Counted from the whole stretch's first letter, positions 34,823 to 50,055 are shown. The stretch is 63,704 bases of DNA, filler included, from Octopus bimaculoides (GCF_001194135.2; 3 parts of 3 records of this genome joined end to end with filler, not necessarily neighbours in it); one strand, 5' to 3'. Notes: generated from the letters alone by a model not told the origin. Program-made: numbers and translations.

Positions 34823-35840
34823 GAGTTACCTGTCGTTATTTCAAGTTTAGTTCCATTTTGTCAGGAGGGAGCTGTTCAGCAGGTGCCTTGTACTGAGATA
34901 TATCTCAAAGGATTGTGATATACGCATACTTGTATTTTTACCATAACGAATCTGTCTTGACCAGCAGTCGTCTAGTCATAATCGACGGCTTCAATTTATC
35001 AATGAAGTTAGCCACCTTTATTCTCAAATTATCGATGTTACGCTCTGCGCTTTGATGGTGACTGTAAAAACGTGAGTTTGGTATTTCTCCTGGTGTTTCA
35101 CTGCACGTTTTCTTAGATACGGCATGTAGTTTTCCGATGGTGCTTCCGATGGAGGAGCCATCTCTGTTTTTGCAGATTATTTGGTAGATTATATAGAGAC
35201 CTCGAGCACATGTTCCAATAGTTCATGGAACAAGAAAACCTACTCTGGTGTGATTCGAACTTAGAACGCAGGGAGAATACTTCAAATTATACAATTCTAC
35301 AACTACGTTTCTATAATCTTCCCTCGACACTGCAGATAGCTAGGATTCACACATACAGCTTCATTTAAAGTTTCTATTATTTCAATTAACCTATACCTTA
35401 GCGCAATTTAGTATTTGGTAATATTAGCTAAGAACAGATGGATTAATATTATGCAATTTGAGGTATCCAGTTCTCTTCAATATTTGCTGTGCTTATGAAG
35501 TCATTGGCAGCATATTTATTCCTGGGCAAAAAGAAATGTACAGCTTCTGACGAAGGCTTAAAATAGAGCTAAGCTGCAGGACATGTCATTGACATTTTTC
35601 GACAACGGTATGTATGTATGTATGTATGTATGTATGTATGTATGCATGTATGTGTGTGTATGTATGCATGTATGTGTGTATATATACACACACACATATA
35701 TATATGCTTATATACATACAAGCATACATAAATTCATATATTCATAACCGCACATGAGCACACACACAGACACACGCACACACACATATACAATACTGAG
35801 AGCGAGAGAGAGACAAAAAGAGAGAGAGAGAGAGAGAGAC

Positions 35841-35871
<31 letters not shown>

Positions 35872-36608
35872 ACGAAAAGGAAGTGAGAAACAGTGATAAT
35901 ATAATAGAAACCTAGCTATTACTTATATACACGCACAACGATATTTAACCTGTTCTTGTACACTCGAACGTGGGAGGACCTTTCGCTGCGGAAATAATCT
36001 TTGGGGAAAACTTTTCTTGATGAGTAACATGTGAGAATACACATTTGGTTATAAACGATGTCATCGGATCGTGTGACGTATGCGTTTCTGCGTTGGTCTT
36101 ACATATATCACAACTATCATTGTAATAGGGATGTGAAAGATGATTCCCGCATTTGTAGCTGATAACGCATAGCAACGCAGAAAGGCATGCATCCAACGAT
36201 CCGTTGATTTAATTCCCACATGTTCACGAGAAAAGATTTTCTCCCATGATAATTTCCACAGCAAAAAAGTTTCACGTGTCCAAGTATACAAGAAAGTATT
36301 AAAAAATATTCTACATGCATATATTTTATTCAACGTTGCTTCGTGCGACTCTGTTTAAATAATTTTTAACTTGTAGGTTAATATATATTACATACACACA
36401 TATCGTTATGCAATATTATATATTACGTAATGAACATTTATATGTACACATGTAAAGTAGTGTATGTATTTTCATATATATATACACATATGTGCTCAGG
36501 TAATTTGAAATTAATGGAGAACGAGGAAAAATGTCTCTACCTCTGTATCTCTCTATTATTATATATACATATTTATACATGTGCGTGTATTTATGCTAAT
36601 GTGTGTGA

Positions 36609-36652
<44 letters not shown>

Positions 36653-38079
36653 NNNNNNNNNNNNNNNNNNNNNNNNNNNNNNNNNNNNNNNNNNNNNNNN
36701 NNNNNNNNNNNNNNNNNNNNNNNNNNNNNNNNNNNNNNNNNNNNNNNNNNNNNNNNNNNNNNNNNNNNNNNNNNNNNNNNNNNNNNNNNNNNNNNNNNNN
36801 NNNNNNNNNNNNNNNNNNNNNNNNNNNNNNNNNNNNNNNNNNNNNNNNNNNNNNNNNNNNNNNNNNNNNNNNNNNNNNNNNNNNNNNNNNNNNNNNNNNN
36901 NNNNNNNNNNNNNNNNNNNNNNNNNNNNNNNNNNNNNNNNNNNNNNNNNNNNNNNNNNNNNNNNNNNNNNNNNNNNNNNNNNNNNNNNNNNNNNNNNNNN
37001 NNNNNNNNNNNNNNNNNNNNNNNNNNNNNNNNNNNNNNNNNNNNNNNNNNNNNNNNNNNNNNNNNNNNNNNNNNNNNNNNNNNNNNNNNNNNNNNNNNNN
37101 NNNNNNNNNNNNNNNNNNNNNNNNNNNNNNNNNNNNNNNNNNNNNNNNNNNNNNNNNNNNNNNNNNNNNNNNNNNNNNNNNNNNNNNNNNNNNNNNNNNN
37201 NNNNNNNNNNNNNNNNNNNNNNNNNNNNNNNNNNNNNNNNNNNNNNNNNNNNNNNNNNNNNNNNNNNNNNNNNNNNNNNNNNNNNNNNNNNNNNNNNNNN
37301 NNNNNNNNNNNNNNNNNNNNNNNNNNNNNNNNNNNNNNNNNNNNNNNNNNNNNNNNNNAAAAAAAAAAAAAAAAAAAAAGTAGAGGGATTTGCATTGACG
37401 GAGATTAATATAGAAATAGATAACAATTTGTTTGAAGCGAAAAGGAAAAGAAAAAAAGAGAACGATGAAAGAAAGCACGAAAGAATCTAAAACAACGAGA
37501 ATAGAATGAAACATTCCTATGAGAAAAGTGAAAGAACGATAAAGCAAAGAAAGAAAAAATATAAAGATATGAAAAATATGTAAAGAATAAAAATAGACGG
37601 GAATGAAATATGGAAAATGGAAACGTTGAGAATGTAGCAAAACCTGAATTTGCGGAAGCAATATATTTTTTTGTTTAGTTTTTTGTTTTTCCTATTTTGT
37701 ATTTTCTTATACGACAGTCTAAATATTTTATATTTTCAGGCTCGCTAAACATCGTTCAATATTTAAACAAATGACTTATTTCTACTGACTGTTATCATTT
37801 ATGACATTTCAAATTAATGCCAATGAAAAATAGAATAAATATGAATAAATATATAAATATATAAACAAACAAATAAATATTCGAAGTTTGCCAAGAAGAA
37901 AATGAAGCAAATATTATAATGGAAAGAAAGAAAAAAATGCTAGTTCTAAGTTAAATAGTAAGAAAATAAAACTAATAATAATAATCAGAAACATATATAA
38001 TTTCGAAATATAATTAAAAAGACTGAAAAGAAACAAAAATAAATAAATAAATAGATCAATAAAAACAGAAAATAAGAAT

Positions 38080-38107
38080 CAAAATGGCGGCAGACGAGAG
38101 AGTAAAT
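38080..38107 (+). promoter_or_regulatory. YY1-type CAAAATGGCGGC motif with possible first-exon donor (ATG GCG GCA GAC GAG AGA|GTAAAT)
   Basis: The motif is typical of metazoan TSS/start regions; motif match only, no transcript evidence. Confidence 0.25.
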
Positions 38108-41014
38108 GATTGAAAATGAAAACGTCTGTCTGCTTCTTTCGTTTTTCAGAACTAAACAGACGACATCAAAATGAAGAATTGGGAAACGCGGATTAAATGA
38201 TGGAAATGGGTGGAAGAAAGAATTAAATGTTTCTTAATACAAATCTTCAGTTACCGGGAGAAAGACAAAAATGAATAAATAAAAGAAACAAAGTTGCAGC
38301 AACAATAATTTCTTCTTTTTTTTTACTTTCGATTAAATATATAAAAAAATTAATTAAAATATAATTAAATGAATTTCCTCTTCCTTCACTTCATCTTTCA
38401 TCACCGTCACCACCACCATCACCGCCGCCGCCACCTTCTTCTTCTTCTTCTTCTTCTTCTTCTTCTTCTTCTTCTTCTTCTTCTTCTTCTTCTTCTTCTT
38501 CTTCTTCTTCTTCTTCTTCTTCTTCACTTCTATGATCATCATCACCAGCATCAACATCATTATGATCATGATCTCCATTATCGCCATCCTCCTTTCTCTC
38601 CTTTTCCCCTCCACCTCATCTTCATCATCACCCTCATCACTGTCATAGTCTTCTTCTTCTTCATCATTATCATCATCATCATCATCATTGTCATCACCGT
38701 TTTTGTTATCATTTTGTCGTCGTCCCTCTTCTTCTTCTTCTTCTTCTTCTTCTTCTTCTTCTTCTTCTTCTTCTTCCCCCTCCTCATCATCATATTCATC
38801 ATCATCGTCATCATGATCTTTTGACCATAGTCATCATCACCTACCACAACAACGCTTATCTTACATTTATTGAGTGCCATTCCTCACATCCCGTAGTATA
38901 TATACTTCTGTCTCTATACTTCTGTCTCTATACTTCCCATTCTGGGCATCGTAAAGTGATTCGACGCCATATTGTATCCATTGCATTACTATAAACGTCC
39001 ATTATAAGAAAGAAATTACCTCGCCCCCAACATTGATCTTCACTTACTTCCTCATCATCATTCGCATATTTCATTCAGTTTGTTTCTCGTTACTCAGAGC
39101 AGAAAATTTAAACAATCTTTAAAGCAATTCTTCCATTATTTCATTGTGCGGTTTGTTGATGTATAAAGTATGCACAAAGGTAAGTGATGAATCTGAGACA
39201 TTCGTAAGCCGTAAATAAGTGTAAGTGGTCTTCCTACGTAAATAATGTTTGTCTGAATTACAAGCCTAGGTTAAGTGTTGGTCTAGATAGTATGAATAGA
39301 TCTTGAAGTTCTGTCAAGCACTTCTTATTTCCTATATAGAAATGTTTCTTAACACAAGAAGTGATTCTTTAGGGCGTTGTACGTTTACGGGAAGGCAAAT
39401 AACGCAGGGACTTTATGGGGTATATGCTAAGTGTTTAGTGGGTGTTGTTATGTTTTTTTAGAATTAAAATTCTGCTGAGTGTTTAGAGAAATTGCGATGT
39501 GTTTTAGAAATAAAGTATTTCAACTTGTTATAATACTTGTGCTTTAAATACATTAAAAAAAGTTTTTGTCGGGAATCTTCTAGAAGTGGGAAATTCTAAT
39601 AAACCTACAGTTTATGTTGCATATTATTTGACATACTCGTATTTGTCTATTATTCAAAAACATGCCACCGACCACAGTTATTTTTCTAAATCCAATTTGG
39701 CTTAAATTATGCAAATTATCTAAGGCAAAAATTTTCTACTCTTTTTTTTTTTTTGCGTGTGTAAATCTAAGTCCTTCGAATACTGGAGTTATGGACGGAC
39801 AGTTGTCGTGCTGATAACGGCCGTTGAGCAAGAAACGTGACTCTCTAGACAATAATTCAGTCCTTTTCCTTAATTGCATGTCAATTTTGGAGAATACTTG
39901 ATCCTTGAGGCTATCGCCCTTCCTTAAGTGACGCTGGTCTTAATTGCTATTTGATAAATATGGCACGACCTCTTGGAGCGGAAATTTAATAAACCAAGAA
40001 TTTATGTTGGACGTACAATTTGATATTGCGTTATTAGTGAGATGAAACAAGACAGATGATGCACCTAAGTTCAATATAAGTATGCTATATAAGTTCTCGA
40101 TTTCTTTAGTAATTTCCATACAAAATCTACGCAAGTATTTAAAAAGAGACGCATGTTGGGATGGATAATTTTAGAAACAATTCGCAAAAATTACTTTCCC
40201 TTTTTCTTTGCAGGTACTTAACTAATATCCGAGCAATTGTTTTCTTCTGATGGCATAATCAGAGTAATGACAACGGTGATGGTTGTGGTGGTAGTAGTGA
40301 TGATGATGAGGATGGTTGTGTTAAGGGAGATGGTGATATAAAGGAGGAGTAGAAGTGATGGCGGAGGTGGAAATGGTAATGATGATGGACGTGCTAAGGG
40401 AGATGGTGATATTAAGGAGGGGTGGGAGTGGTGGTGGAGGTGGTGGTGGTAGTGATGGTTGTTGTTGTTTTTATTATTATTATTAGTAATAATATTATCA
40501 TTAATGCGGTAGACTCGTTACCACACTGGCCCGTATTTACATTCCGAGTTCAAATCCCACCGTGGTAGACTTAGCCTTTCAACCGTTACCTTTCATCCAT
40601 ATTATTGCTATGATGATGATGATGATGACGGCAGTGGTGGCAGTGGTGGAGAAGATGATAATTGTTGTGGTGGTGGTTGTCTCGTTGATAATGGTGATGA
40701 TGACGACAACGACGACGACGAAATAACAACGACAGGGTGATAACAAAAATCAGCGATAATAGCGATGAAGTAGTGCTGAATTTTTCAAGCAATAAAACAA
40801 CTTTGAACTGAAACCAGTTTGTCAGACTAACTCACCGATATGATACCAAGTATCTAAAAGTTACCTGTCAGTATAAGATGGCAAAAATGAAGAATACTTT
40901 GAAATATTTATCTTTTTATATTGCTTATTTTGCTACTTATATTTATTCATATGACAACAGTCTATCTGTATTGCCTGGTGGGGCATCAATACAATTTTGT
41001 TTTGTATGTATGTA

Positions 41015-41071
<57 letters not shown>

Positions 41072-43279
41072 TCACTGACAGATCAAAACATATACACACG
41101 CACAAATATATTTAAGTGCATAATTTAATCTTTGTATACACAATATGTATATGTGTGTATGTGTGCGTGAGAAAGAGAGAGACAAGGGGACAGAGAGCGA
41201 GAGAGAGAGAGAGACAGAGACAGAGAAGGTAAGAGTTTGCGTATGTCTAACTTTATATGCAAACACACGTGCATATGACTTATATAATCATACGATTATA
41301 TATGCGTGTATATATATATATATATATATNNNNNNNNNNNNNNNNNNNNNNNNNNNNNNNNNNNNNNNNNNNNNNNNNNNNNNNNNNNNNNNNNNNNNNN
41401 NNNNNNNNNNNNNNNNNNNNNNNNNNNNNNNNNNNNNNNNNNNNNNNNNNNNNNNNNNNNNNNNNNNNNNNNNNNNNNNNNNNNNNNNNNNNNNNNNNNN
41501 NNNNNNNNNNNNNNNNNNNNNNNNNNNNNNNNNNNNNNNNNNNNNNNNNNNNNNNNNNNNNNNNNNNNNNNNNNNNNNNNNNNNNNNNNNNNNNNNNNNN
41601 NNNNNNNNNNNNNNNNNNNNNNNNNNNNNNNNNNNNNNNNNNNNNNNNNNNNNNNNNNNNNNNNNNNNNNNNNNNNNNNNNNNNNNNNNNNNNNNNNNNN
41701 NNNNNNNNNNNNNNNNNNNNNNNNNNNNNNNNNNNNNNNNNNNNNNNNNNNNNNNNNNNNNNNNNNNNNNNNNNNNNNNNNNNNNNNNNNNNNNNNNNNN
41801 NNNNNNNNNNNNNNNNNNNNNNNNNNNNNNNNNNNNNNNNNNNNNNNNNNNNNNNNNNNNNNNNNNNNNNNNNNNNNNNNNNNNNNNNNNNNNNNNNNNN
41901 NNNNNNNNNNNNNNNNNNNNNNNNNNNNNNNNNNNNNNNNNNNNNNNNNNNNNNNNNNNNNNNNNNNNNNNNNNNNNNNNNNNNNNNNNNNNNNNNNNNN
42001 NNNNNNNNNNNNNNNNNNNNNNNNNNNNNNNNNNNNNNNNNNNNNNNNNNNNNNNNNNNNNNNNNNNNNNNNNNNNNNNNNNNNNNNNNNNNNNNNNNNN
42101 NNNNNNNNNNNNNNNNNNNNNNNNNNNNNNNNNNNNNNNNNNNNNNNNNNNNNNNNNNNNNNNNNNNNNNNNNNNNNNNNNNNNNNNNNNNNNNNNNNNN
42201 NNNNNNNNNNNNNNNNNATATAAATATACACATATATGTATATGCATACTAATGCGTATTCTATCACTCCTCTCAATCACCCCATCTCTCTCTCTCCTCT
42301 TTCTATATATGTATATATGTACATGCACGGACACACAGAGAGACAAACAGACACACACACACACACACACACACGCCACACACACACACATGCCGCACAC
42401 ACACACACACGCACACACACACAAACACAGAGGCGCACACGCACACGTGTATGTTGTTGCATCATTGATATGTATTCACAATACCTATTCGATAAATCGG
42501 ACGGGTTAATGTGCAGATTAACTTGCTCTAATAGGCAACGTCGCTATTGTCGATGATAATTGCTATAGCTGTATCGATATACTTGCTGCTGCTGCTGCCG
42601 CTGCTGCCGTTGCTGCCGCTGTTGCTACTGCTGCTGCTGCTACTGCTGATTTACCTTCCCAATGACGATGATGACGATAACGATAGTGACGATACTGATG
42701 ACATCGATGAAGACTATGGCGATATCATACGTACTGGTGATGGTAGAAGCGACGGCATTGATGATGATGATGATGATGACGATAATAATAATGATGATGA
42801 TGATGATCGTGGCCGAGACGTATAATGCAAAGTGAGGCGTGATTCGGATGTTAAAGAACGGCGGATTTACCCGTCGGTTTGTCGTCTGGTCAATTCGATT
42901 CAAACGGAATGGAGGGATATAAGAATAGAAAAAGGAATAACGAGAGAGAAACAATAACATTTTCATGGAAAACTGGAGTGGAATAGAAAGAGAAATTAAT
43001 TCGGGGATTAGAATAGACGAACACTTTTAAGACTCTTTAGAATACATAAATATGTTCAACCAATATAGTCACGAATGAAATCGGATATTGTAGACNNNNN
43101 NNNNNNNNNNNNNNNNNNNNNNNNNNNNNNNNNNNNNNNTTAATTAATTAANNNNNNNNNNNNNNNNNNNNNNNNNNNNNNNNNNNNNNNNNNNNTATAT
43201 ATATACATGTATATATATATATTAGTGCATATATAAGTGTGTCTACAAATACGTGTATATGAATAATTACATACACACA

Positions 43280-43320
<41 letters not shown>

Positions 43321-44385
43321 ATCCTTTCAAGTGCGCCAAATCTGACAGTCCACATAAAACATTCCTTAAATTGAGAGGAATTCTGCATGTTCTGTCAGTT
43401 CAACAATGCGCTTTCAATTGTACGATCAATTGAACTACAGTCTGTGTTAGCAAAACATTTCTTTTCCAAGTTTCAAGCATATTTTGCAGCGAATATAATT
43501 AGTAATACTATATTTGGTACTATTCGCCAAAACTAGCTTCGGTATATACTTGAATTTATCAACAGGCCTATTGATTTTTTTTTCCAATCAATCATTTTTG
43601 ATGTCAGTTTCCACAAATGTTGACAGACAAAGGAGAAAATTTAACCTTCGCGCCTAAATGTACAAAAGAAAATTCTAGAATTTGATAACAATATAAACCC
43701 TGGAATTTAGTTATCTTGAGGGATATTTTTTTATATTACGGCCAAAGATTGTGTCGTTTGGCTCAGGTTAGTAAGAAGTCTCTTACCTCTCAATTCGTCC
43801 TGGCAATTTCACCGCACACACACACGCACACAAACGCGCTCGCACACACACACGCACACAAACGCGCTCGCACACACACACACACACAGTTACTAATAAA
43901 ATTGCACAACAAACTGTATGTATGTCATTTCTTGGTATTATTCAAAATATTGTTGAAAATATTTCTCTTTTCTCAAGTTGTCTTGAGATCTTTATCAACA
44001 TTCAAATCACATAACCCTACAAAGTGGCCAATAAATATTAAGTATTTGATGTACGAAAATCAAAAGAATAGCACAAACAGCTTCTCTAAGTCATCAGAGA
44101 ACCTCGCTGAAAGAACCACACAATTCTCGGTTTTGCTTCACATTGGTCAATGGTAAATGTGTTGGTCTTTAATCCCTTCAGTCACGGATAAAAAACTAAA
44201 ACTATATTTTAATTTTCATTTTTAGGCGTGGCTGTGTGGTAAGAAGCTTGCTTCCCAACCACATGGGTCCAGGTTAATTCCCACTGCGTGGCGCCTTGGG
44301 CAAGTGTCTTCGACTATAACCTCGGGCCGACCAAAGCCTTGTAAGTAGATTTGGTAGGCGGAAACTGAAAGAAGCCCGTCGTATA

Positions 44386-44419
<34 letters not shown>

Positions 44420-46765
44420 TATGTCTGTGTTTGTCCTCGACCATCCCTTGACAACCGACGTTAGTGTGTTTATGACCCCGTAACTTAGCCGTTCGGCCTA
44501 AGAGACCGATTAAATAAACACTTGGCTTACAAAGAATAAGTCCTGGGGTCGATTTTTTCGACTAAAGTCGGTGCTCTAGTATGGCCGCAGTCAAATGAGT
44601 GAAACAAGTAAAAGAATAAAAGAATACAGGTAAATAACACATATTGAGTACAAGGTGCCGTGCAACGGAACGAAACCGGGAACTCCAGGGCTGCGAGGTG
44701 AACTTCTTAGTCACATACTCTTTACATTATGAATCCGAAAAGAATGAGCAAAGCTGACTTCTTTGAGATGTGAGTTCAGAACATAAAGGGAGATAACGAA
44801 AGAAATTGAGACATTTTGTCAATTTTTTCAGTGATCCTGCTGTCCGCAGTACTTTATCAATTGGATAATTTGAAAGCCACAAATTCTGAGGAATGTAATC
44901 GATTAAATCAAACAATATTTGACCAGTAATTATTTGATACGACCACAGAATGATGGCAAGCAAAGTCGGCTTTGTTGAGATTTGATCTCAGATAGTAAAG
45001 TGGTGCCGCTAAATATGACAAAGCATTTTGTTTGCTTGCAAAACTGCCCTTATCCACTACCAATCCACAGCCCTTATCTTAGGATTAATAACGATTTCTT
45101 TTGGTCAGGCACGAATCAAAATTCTCTAAGGAGTATAGTCGACTGAACTGACATGAGTGTATTGATATTTGCAAAGAGATAACGGATAAAAACCTCTCTC
45201 CGGTTTGATTCAGTGGGGAGACGAAATTGAAGACATTCCACTGTTTCTAACGTTTTCGCAGGCATTTAATGAAGGAGTCTCTACACGGTCGTTCAGCTTG
45301 CTAAAAATAGCAAAACAAGTCTTCATCTTACAAAAAGAAAAAAAAGGACAATGTTGCCCTAGATAAACAAATCTAAAAAAAAGGAAAGATGTGACCGTGT
45401 CATGGGTGAAAAAAATTTGGTTATAAGTGAACTTAATCAGGGACGGCCTAGAAGTAAACAAGAACTCATTTGCAATAACACTTCTTTTGATAATAATAAT
45501 CTCTAATGCTTAAATTATAATTATATGAAATGAAGCCAGTCTCAAGCGTGGGTTGGCAGATTTGATAGTGTCAGAGAAATTGTCATGAGAATTTGTATCT
45601 AATTGCATCCATTTACAACCCGTGTTCAAATCCTTCCTCGGTCGATTTTTGCTTTTTATCCAATAAAATAAGTTAGCAATGAAACACTAGGGTTGAGATG
45701 CAACCGTTTGTACTCTTCTCCGAAATTTATTGGTCCTTCGCCGTGGAGGTGCAATGGCCCAGTGGTTTGGGCAGCGGACTCGCGATCATAGGATCGCGGT
45801 TTCGATTCCCAGACCGGGCGTTATGAGTGTTTATTGAGCGAAAACACCTAAAGCTCCACGAGGCTCCGGCAGGGGATGGTGGCGAACCCTGCTGTACTCT
45901 TTCACTACAACTTTCTCTCACTCTTTCTTCCTGTTTCTGTTGTACCTGTATTTCAAAGGGCCAGCTTTGTCACGCTGAATATCTCTGAGAAGTACGTTAA
46001 GGGTACACGTGTCTGTGGAGTGCTCAGCTACTTTCACGTTAATTTCACGAGCAGGCTGTTCCGTTGATTGGATCAATTGGAACCCTCGACGTTGTAAGCG
46101 ACGGAGTGCCAACAACAAGATTGGTCCTGCGCCAATGATGGTTAGTCTACATTACTCCGTAAGAAGAGTATGGCCGGTCCCCGGTTTCTCGGGCGTATAT
46201 ATTTCCCACCTGGATGGGACACCTGTCCATTGCAGGAATACTCATTTTTACCAGCTAAGTGGACTGGAGCAACGTGAAATGAAGTATTTTGCTTCAGAAT
46301 ACAACGCATCAGCCAGTCCAGGAATCGAAATGACAATCTTATAATTATTAAGCCAGCACTCTAACCACTAAGCCATATGCCTCGACTTGGAGCCAATACT
46401 AGAAATCTACAATTTCTAATATAGTCTCAAATTTTAGTGGAAAAGCACTGACGATTTTATTAAACTCCATATGTTATTGATTCAATAGATTTTAACAGAC
46501 GATCCGGCGGGGTTTGCACTTGAGCATAAACTGGTTTAGCCAAACATTGCCAGCTATAAATAAACTCCCTGGATTGACCTGAAAATTATAAGTTCACAAT
46601 TTGCTGTGATTTTCATATTTACATCATCTCAGATTAAATTAAAATTTCTTTTCGATTAATTTTATTCGGATGATTAGTAAATGCAATCTAGTTTTCAGAG
46701 GAAAAACATAAAAATCAAAGAAAAACAAACAACAAAATCTGTGACACTGAACTCGCAGAATGAAA

Positions 46766-46915
46766 TGGGCCACTAAGGCGGCGAGCTGGCAGAAACGTTA
46801 GCACGCCGGGCGAAGTGCTTAGCGGTATTTCGTCTGTCCTCACGTTCTGAGTTCAAATTCCGCCGAGGTCGACATTGCCATTCATCCTGTCGGGGTCAAT
46901 AAATTGAGTACCAGT
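46766..46915 (+). mobile_element. SINE family A copy, CpGs retained (further copies ~51115-51285 -, 55258-55577 +, 56290-56515 +, 56675-56850 +, 60130-60311 -, 62265-62432 -)
   Basis: AAGGCGGCGAGCTGGCAGAAACGTTAGCACGCCGGGCGAA..GAGTTCAAATTCCGCCGAGGTCGAC. Confidence 0.9.
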
Positions 46916-47974
46916 TTGAAAGTCCGATAGATCTGTCATTTTAATGAATTTTGATTACCTTTTTCTGTTGATATCTGAAAAGAAACAGCAATTTTAGCAA
47001 AACGTATTAAGCAACACTAATAATAAATCAAAAACATAAAAATAAACAAGCTTTTGATGGGTTTATAGATATTTCAAAATTATGAAACTATGATGCTAAG
47101 TGTTTTCGTTATTTTGTCCAACTCCTGTATATATGTGCGTATATATATATATGTGTGTGTGTATGTATGTATCTGTGCGAGTGTGTGTATATGTATAATA
47201 TATATGTATGTATAACGCACGCTGTTGGTACTTTAGTTACTAAACGTTTTGTTGGTAATTTTTATTGTTATTGTTGTTACTGTTACTCTTGTTGATAATG
47301 CTGATGTTGTTACTGTCTTGTTTCTCGAGTCTGTTTCGATCAACAGACCTATAATAAAAGCATTCCATACGTAAATACCTTGCTTAATTGCTGGCATAGT
47401 GTACCTCAGACTACATAAACCAATGTATCCTTCGAAAGGGTGAAATTACTGCTATGTCTAGCAGGTGGAGCAACAACGTAGAAGCTCTAACGTCGACAGA
47501 TGCACAAATTCAGCAAGCAACGGTAAAACGATATTGGATGTTCGAGCGATGTTTTAACTATTAAAATAAACATTGTGCTGGGAAGGAGAATAATTTATTA
47601 TGTCCCAAGAGAACCGAGCTCTTTGGGCGAGGTTTTAGGAAGCAGGATGGAAAGAGTACGCATGCGCTAAAGAAGAAGCTATCTTTTTTTTTTTGTTATT
47701 TAAAAAAAATTATAGAAGAATAAATTCATTCATATATTATGACAATGTTAGTACCAATGCTCTTGACACTCGTAATGTTTGATGGAAGTCAGAGAGAAAG
47801 TACACGTACCTCCATCCATCCATCCATCCATCTTACCAACCATTCATCCATCTATTCATCCATCCATGCATACATGCGTACATACATACGTACACTCGTA
47901 CATACATACATACATACACACATACATACATACATACATGCATATATACATACATACATATACATACATACATA

Positions 47975-48135
47975 CAGTTTCAGCTTCATACTCATTATTA
48001 TTGGAGGAGCAGAAGTCATACCAACCCAACTGGAGCAAAGTATGGCTGAACTTGTATTCTTGGAGAGTGAACGCGAATCTTTAATCTATGCACTACAAAT
48101 GATCGCGATATTTGAGACTACAAAAATATGCAAGA
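47975..48135 (+). pseudogene. REL LINE C-terminal fragment (same family as 15.6-16.1 kb), 5' junction in (CATA)n
   Basis: FILIIIGGAEVIPTQLEQSMAELVFLESERESLIYALQMIAIFETTKICK aligns with IIGALGY...GTVKVCK. Confidence 0.6.
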
Positions 48136-48589
48136 CCCCCCCCCCCCTTCCTTAAGATTTCAAGGATGATGAACAAAAAAAGATGCTTTCCTTTCGCAAT
48201 CTCGCTACCAAGCTGGTGGCCGTCAAGATTTACACTAAATTAAAAAACCGAAAGAGAAGAACGCATACTTATGCATCCCATCAAAAGCTTCTGCCAAGTG
48301 CAAGCATAACAGACCCAATTCAATTATTTGGGACAGAAACGAAAAGTCATACGAGGAAGTGCTGAATAGTTACTGGCTTTAAGGGCATCACGAAAGGCTT
48401 GGTTGGAGGCCCAATCTTCTGAGTTCTTTTACAAGGCTTAGAGGACCGCTGCAATAAGTTTGTCAATCTGAGAGGGAAATATGTTGAATAAAATCATAAT
48501 TTACTGATCCTCCTGTATTTTTTTTACTCTATGCCATGAACTTTTCAGCACTCCCTCGTATAGAATCATAGAGGCTTGGTGACCTGCAA

Positions 48590-48855
48590 ATCGAATATGT
48601 CTTCCAAAATATGGCAAGAGAATATCTATGGGCGACCGCTTCGGAACCTTAGGTCCTCTACATGGATTATAAATTTACATTTATACCATTAATCGTTGGT
48701 ACATTTGGCTATGTTACTAATCGTCTATTTGACAATCTGGAAATTTTAGAATTTTCAAGCAAAGAAAGAGACCGAGTAACATGCACTTTACAAATTCAAC
48801 CTGCCCGTGGAACAGTAAAAATATGCAAGCCTTTCTTAAAGTTCGATATGTAAAC
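48590..48855 (+). pseudogene. REL LINE C-terminal fragment (same family)
   Basis: KENIYG..LRNL..YMDYKFTFIPLIVGTFGYV...LQIQPARGTVKICKPFLKF*. Confidence 0.75.
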
Positions 48856-49582
48856 AGTTATTGTTATTTTTACTCAAATTCCGATAATGAAGCTTTTGTT
48901 AGAAATCAGTACTCCCCTTCAAGAAAGTATACTAATAAATAAAAAGCGAAGTATATGCATATAACTATGTATATACATGTGTGCACGTGTGTGCATTTTG
49001 TATGTGTGTGGACACCGCACGGCCAAATGATTAAGAAGTTCACTTCACAACACGAAGTCCGGACTCGATCCCACTGCGTCGCATCTTAGGCAAGTTTTGT
49101 CGAGTTAACCAAAGCCTTCTGAGCGAAAATAGGCAGACAGTCATCGGATGAATTATTACACTAAGGAGCCAGAATGGAAGTAAGGTGCAATCAAGCGGAA
49201 AATAGAGAATGAGTGAATAATAAAGACGTAAAATGAAAGTGAGTGGAAGGATGAGATGTTTATCATATTTCACTCATTGGAAAACAGGAAAAGACTGATT
49301 GAGTGGGAGAAGGAAAATGAGAATAGGTTGAGGTACAAGAGATTAGTTTAATGTTGTTTTAAGCAGGGCTCACAGTTTTACAATAAATACTGTGATGAAA
49401 GAACTTCTGATATAATGAAAATAATATGCAATTTTTTCAGTTTTTGAAACTAAAACTGTAATATTCTGGTAAAGTATCATTTGAAATTAATTTAAATAAA
49501 GTTTTGTAACTAGTATTAAACCATTCGGCTTCACCAACACACACAGGCCCCCTCCTAACTATTGTGATCAGACACAATAAAA

Positions 49583-49928
49583 AATGTAAAATGTTTCATT
49601 ATCGAACACTTCCGTTCCTTAAATATTTTCATAATTTAATGAAAACATTAAATTGATAAATATTCAATATGGATAATATAATTGAAAAACTATGGAGTTG
49701 GATATCTTCTACAAATATTCGTTAAAATATTGATTGTCAAATATATAACCCCGGCAGATCGACAAAATAACTAATGCCACACAAGCATAAAACTTAACCG
49801 TTTTGGAGAAAATGCCGTGCATCACTATAGTTACTGGTGTATCGTAGCATTTCTAAGATAGAACGAATATATTCAATGACAAAAGTATTTGAAGAACTGA
49901 AGTGTTCGATAATGAACCTATTTACATT
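49583..49928. mobile_element. MITE with ~45-bp imperfect TIRs
   Basis: AATGTAAAATGTTTCATTATCGAACACTTCCGTTCCTTAAATATTTT / AAAAGTATTTGAAGAACTGAAGTGTTCGATAATGAACCTATTTACATT. Confidence 0.65.
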
Positions 49929-50005
49929 CTTACCCGACTATGCACATACTACACACACTCACACAAAGCTATATATATATATATATGAATATATACACAT
50001 ATAAA

Positions 50006-50055
<50 letters not shown>

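Noticed and set aside
34938-35222. 94-codon stop-free minus frame (...NIDNLRIKVANFIDKLKP...) and nearby 35945-36196 ORF
   Set aside because: No start or good acceptor and no recognised homology; a few frames of this length are expected by chance in 64 kb.
35544-35590. CTGACGAAGGCTTAAAATAGAGC hammerhead-like half
   Set aside because: No GAAA and no convincing stem I; at most an eroded relic.
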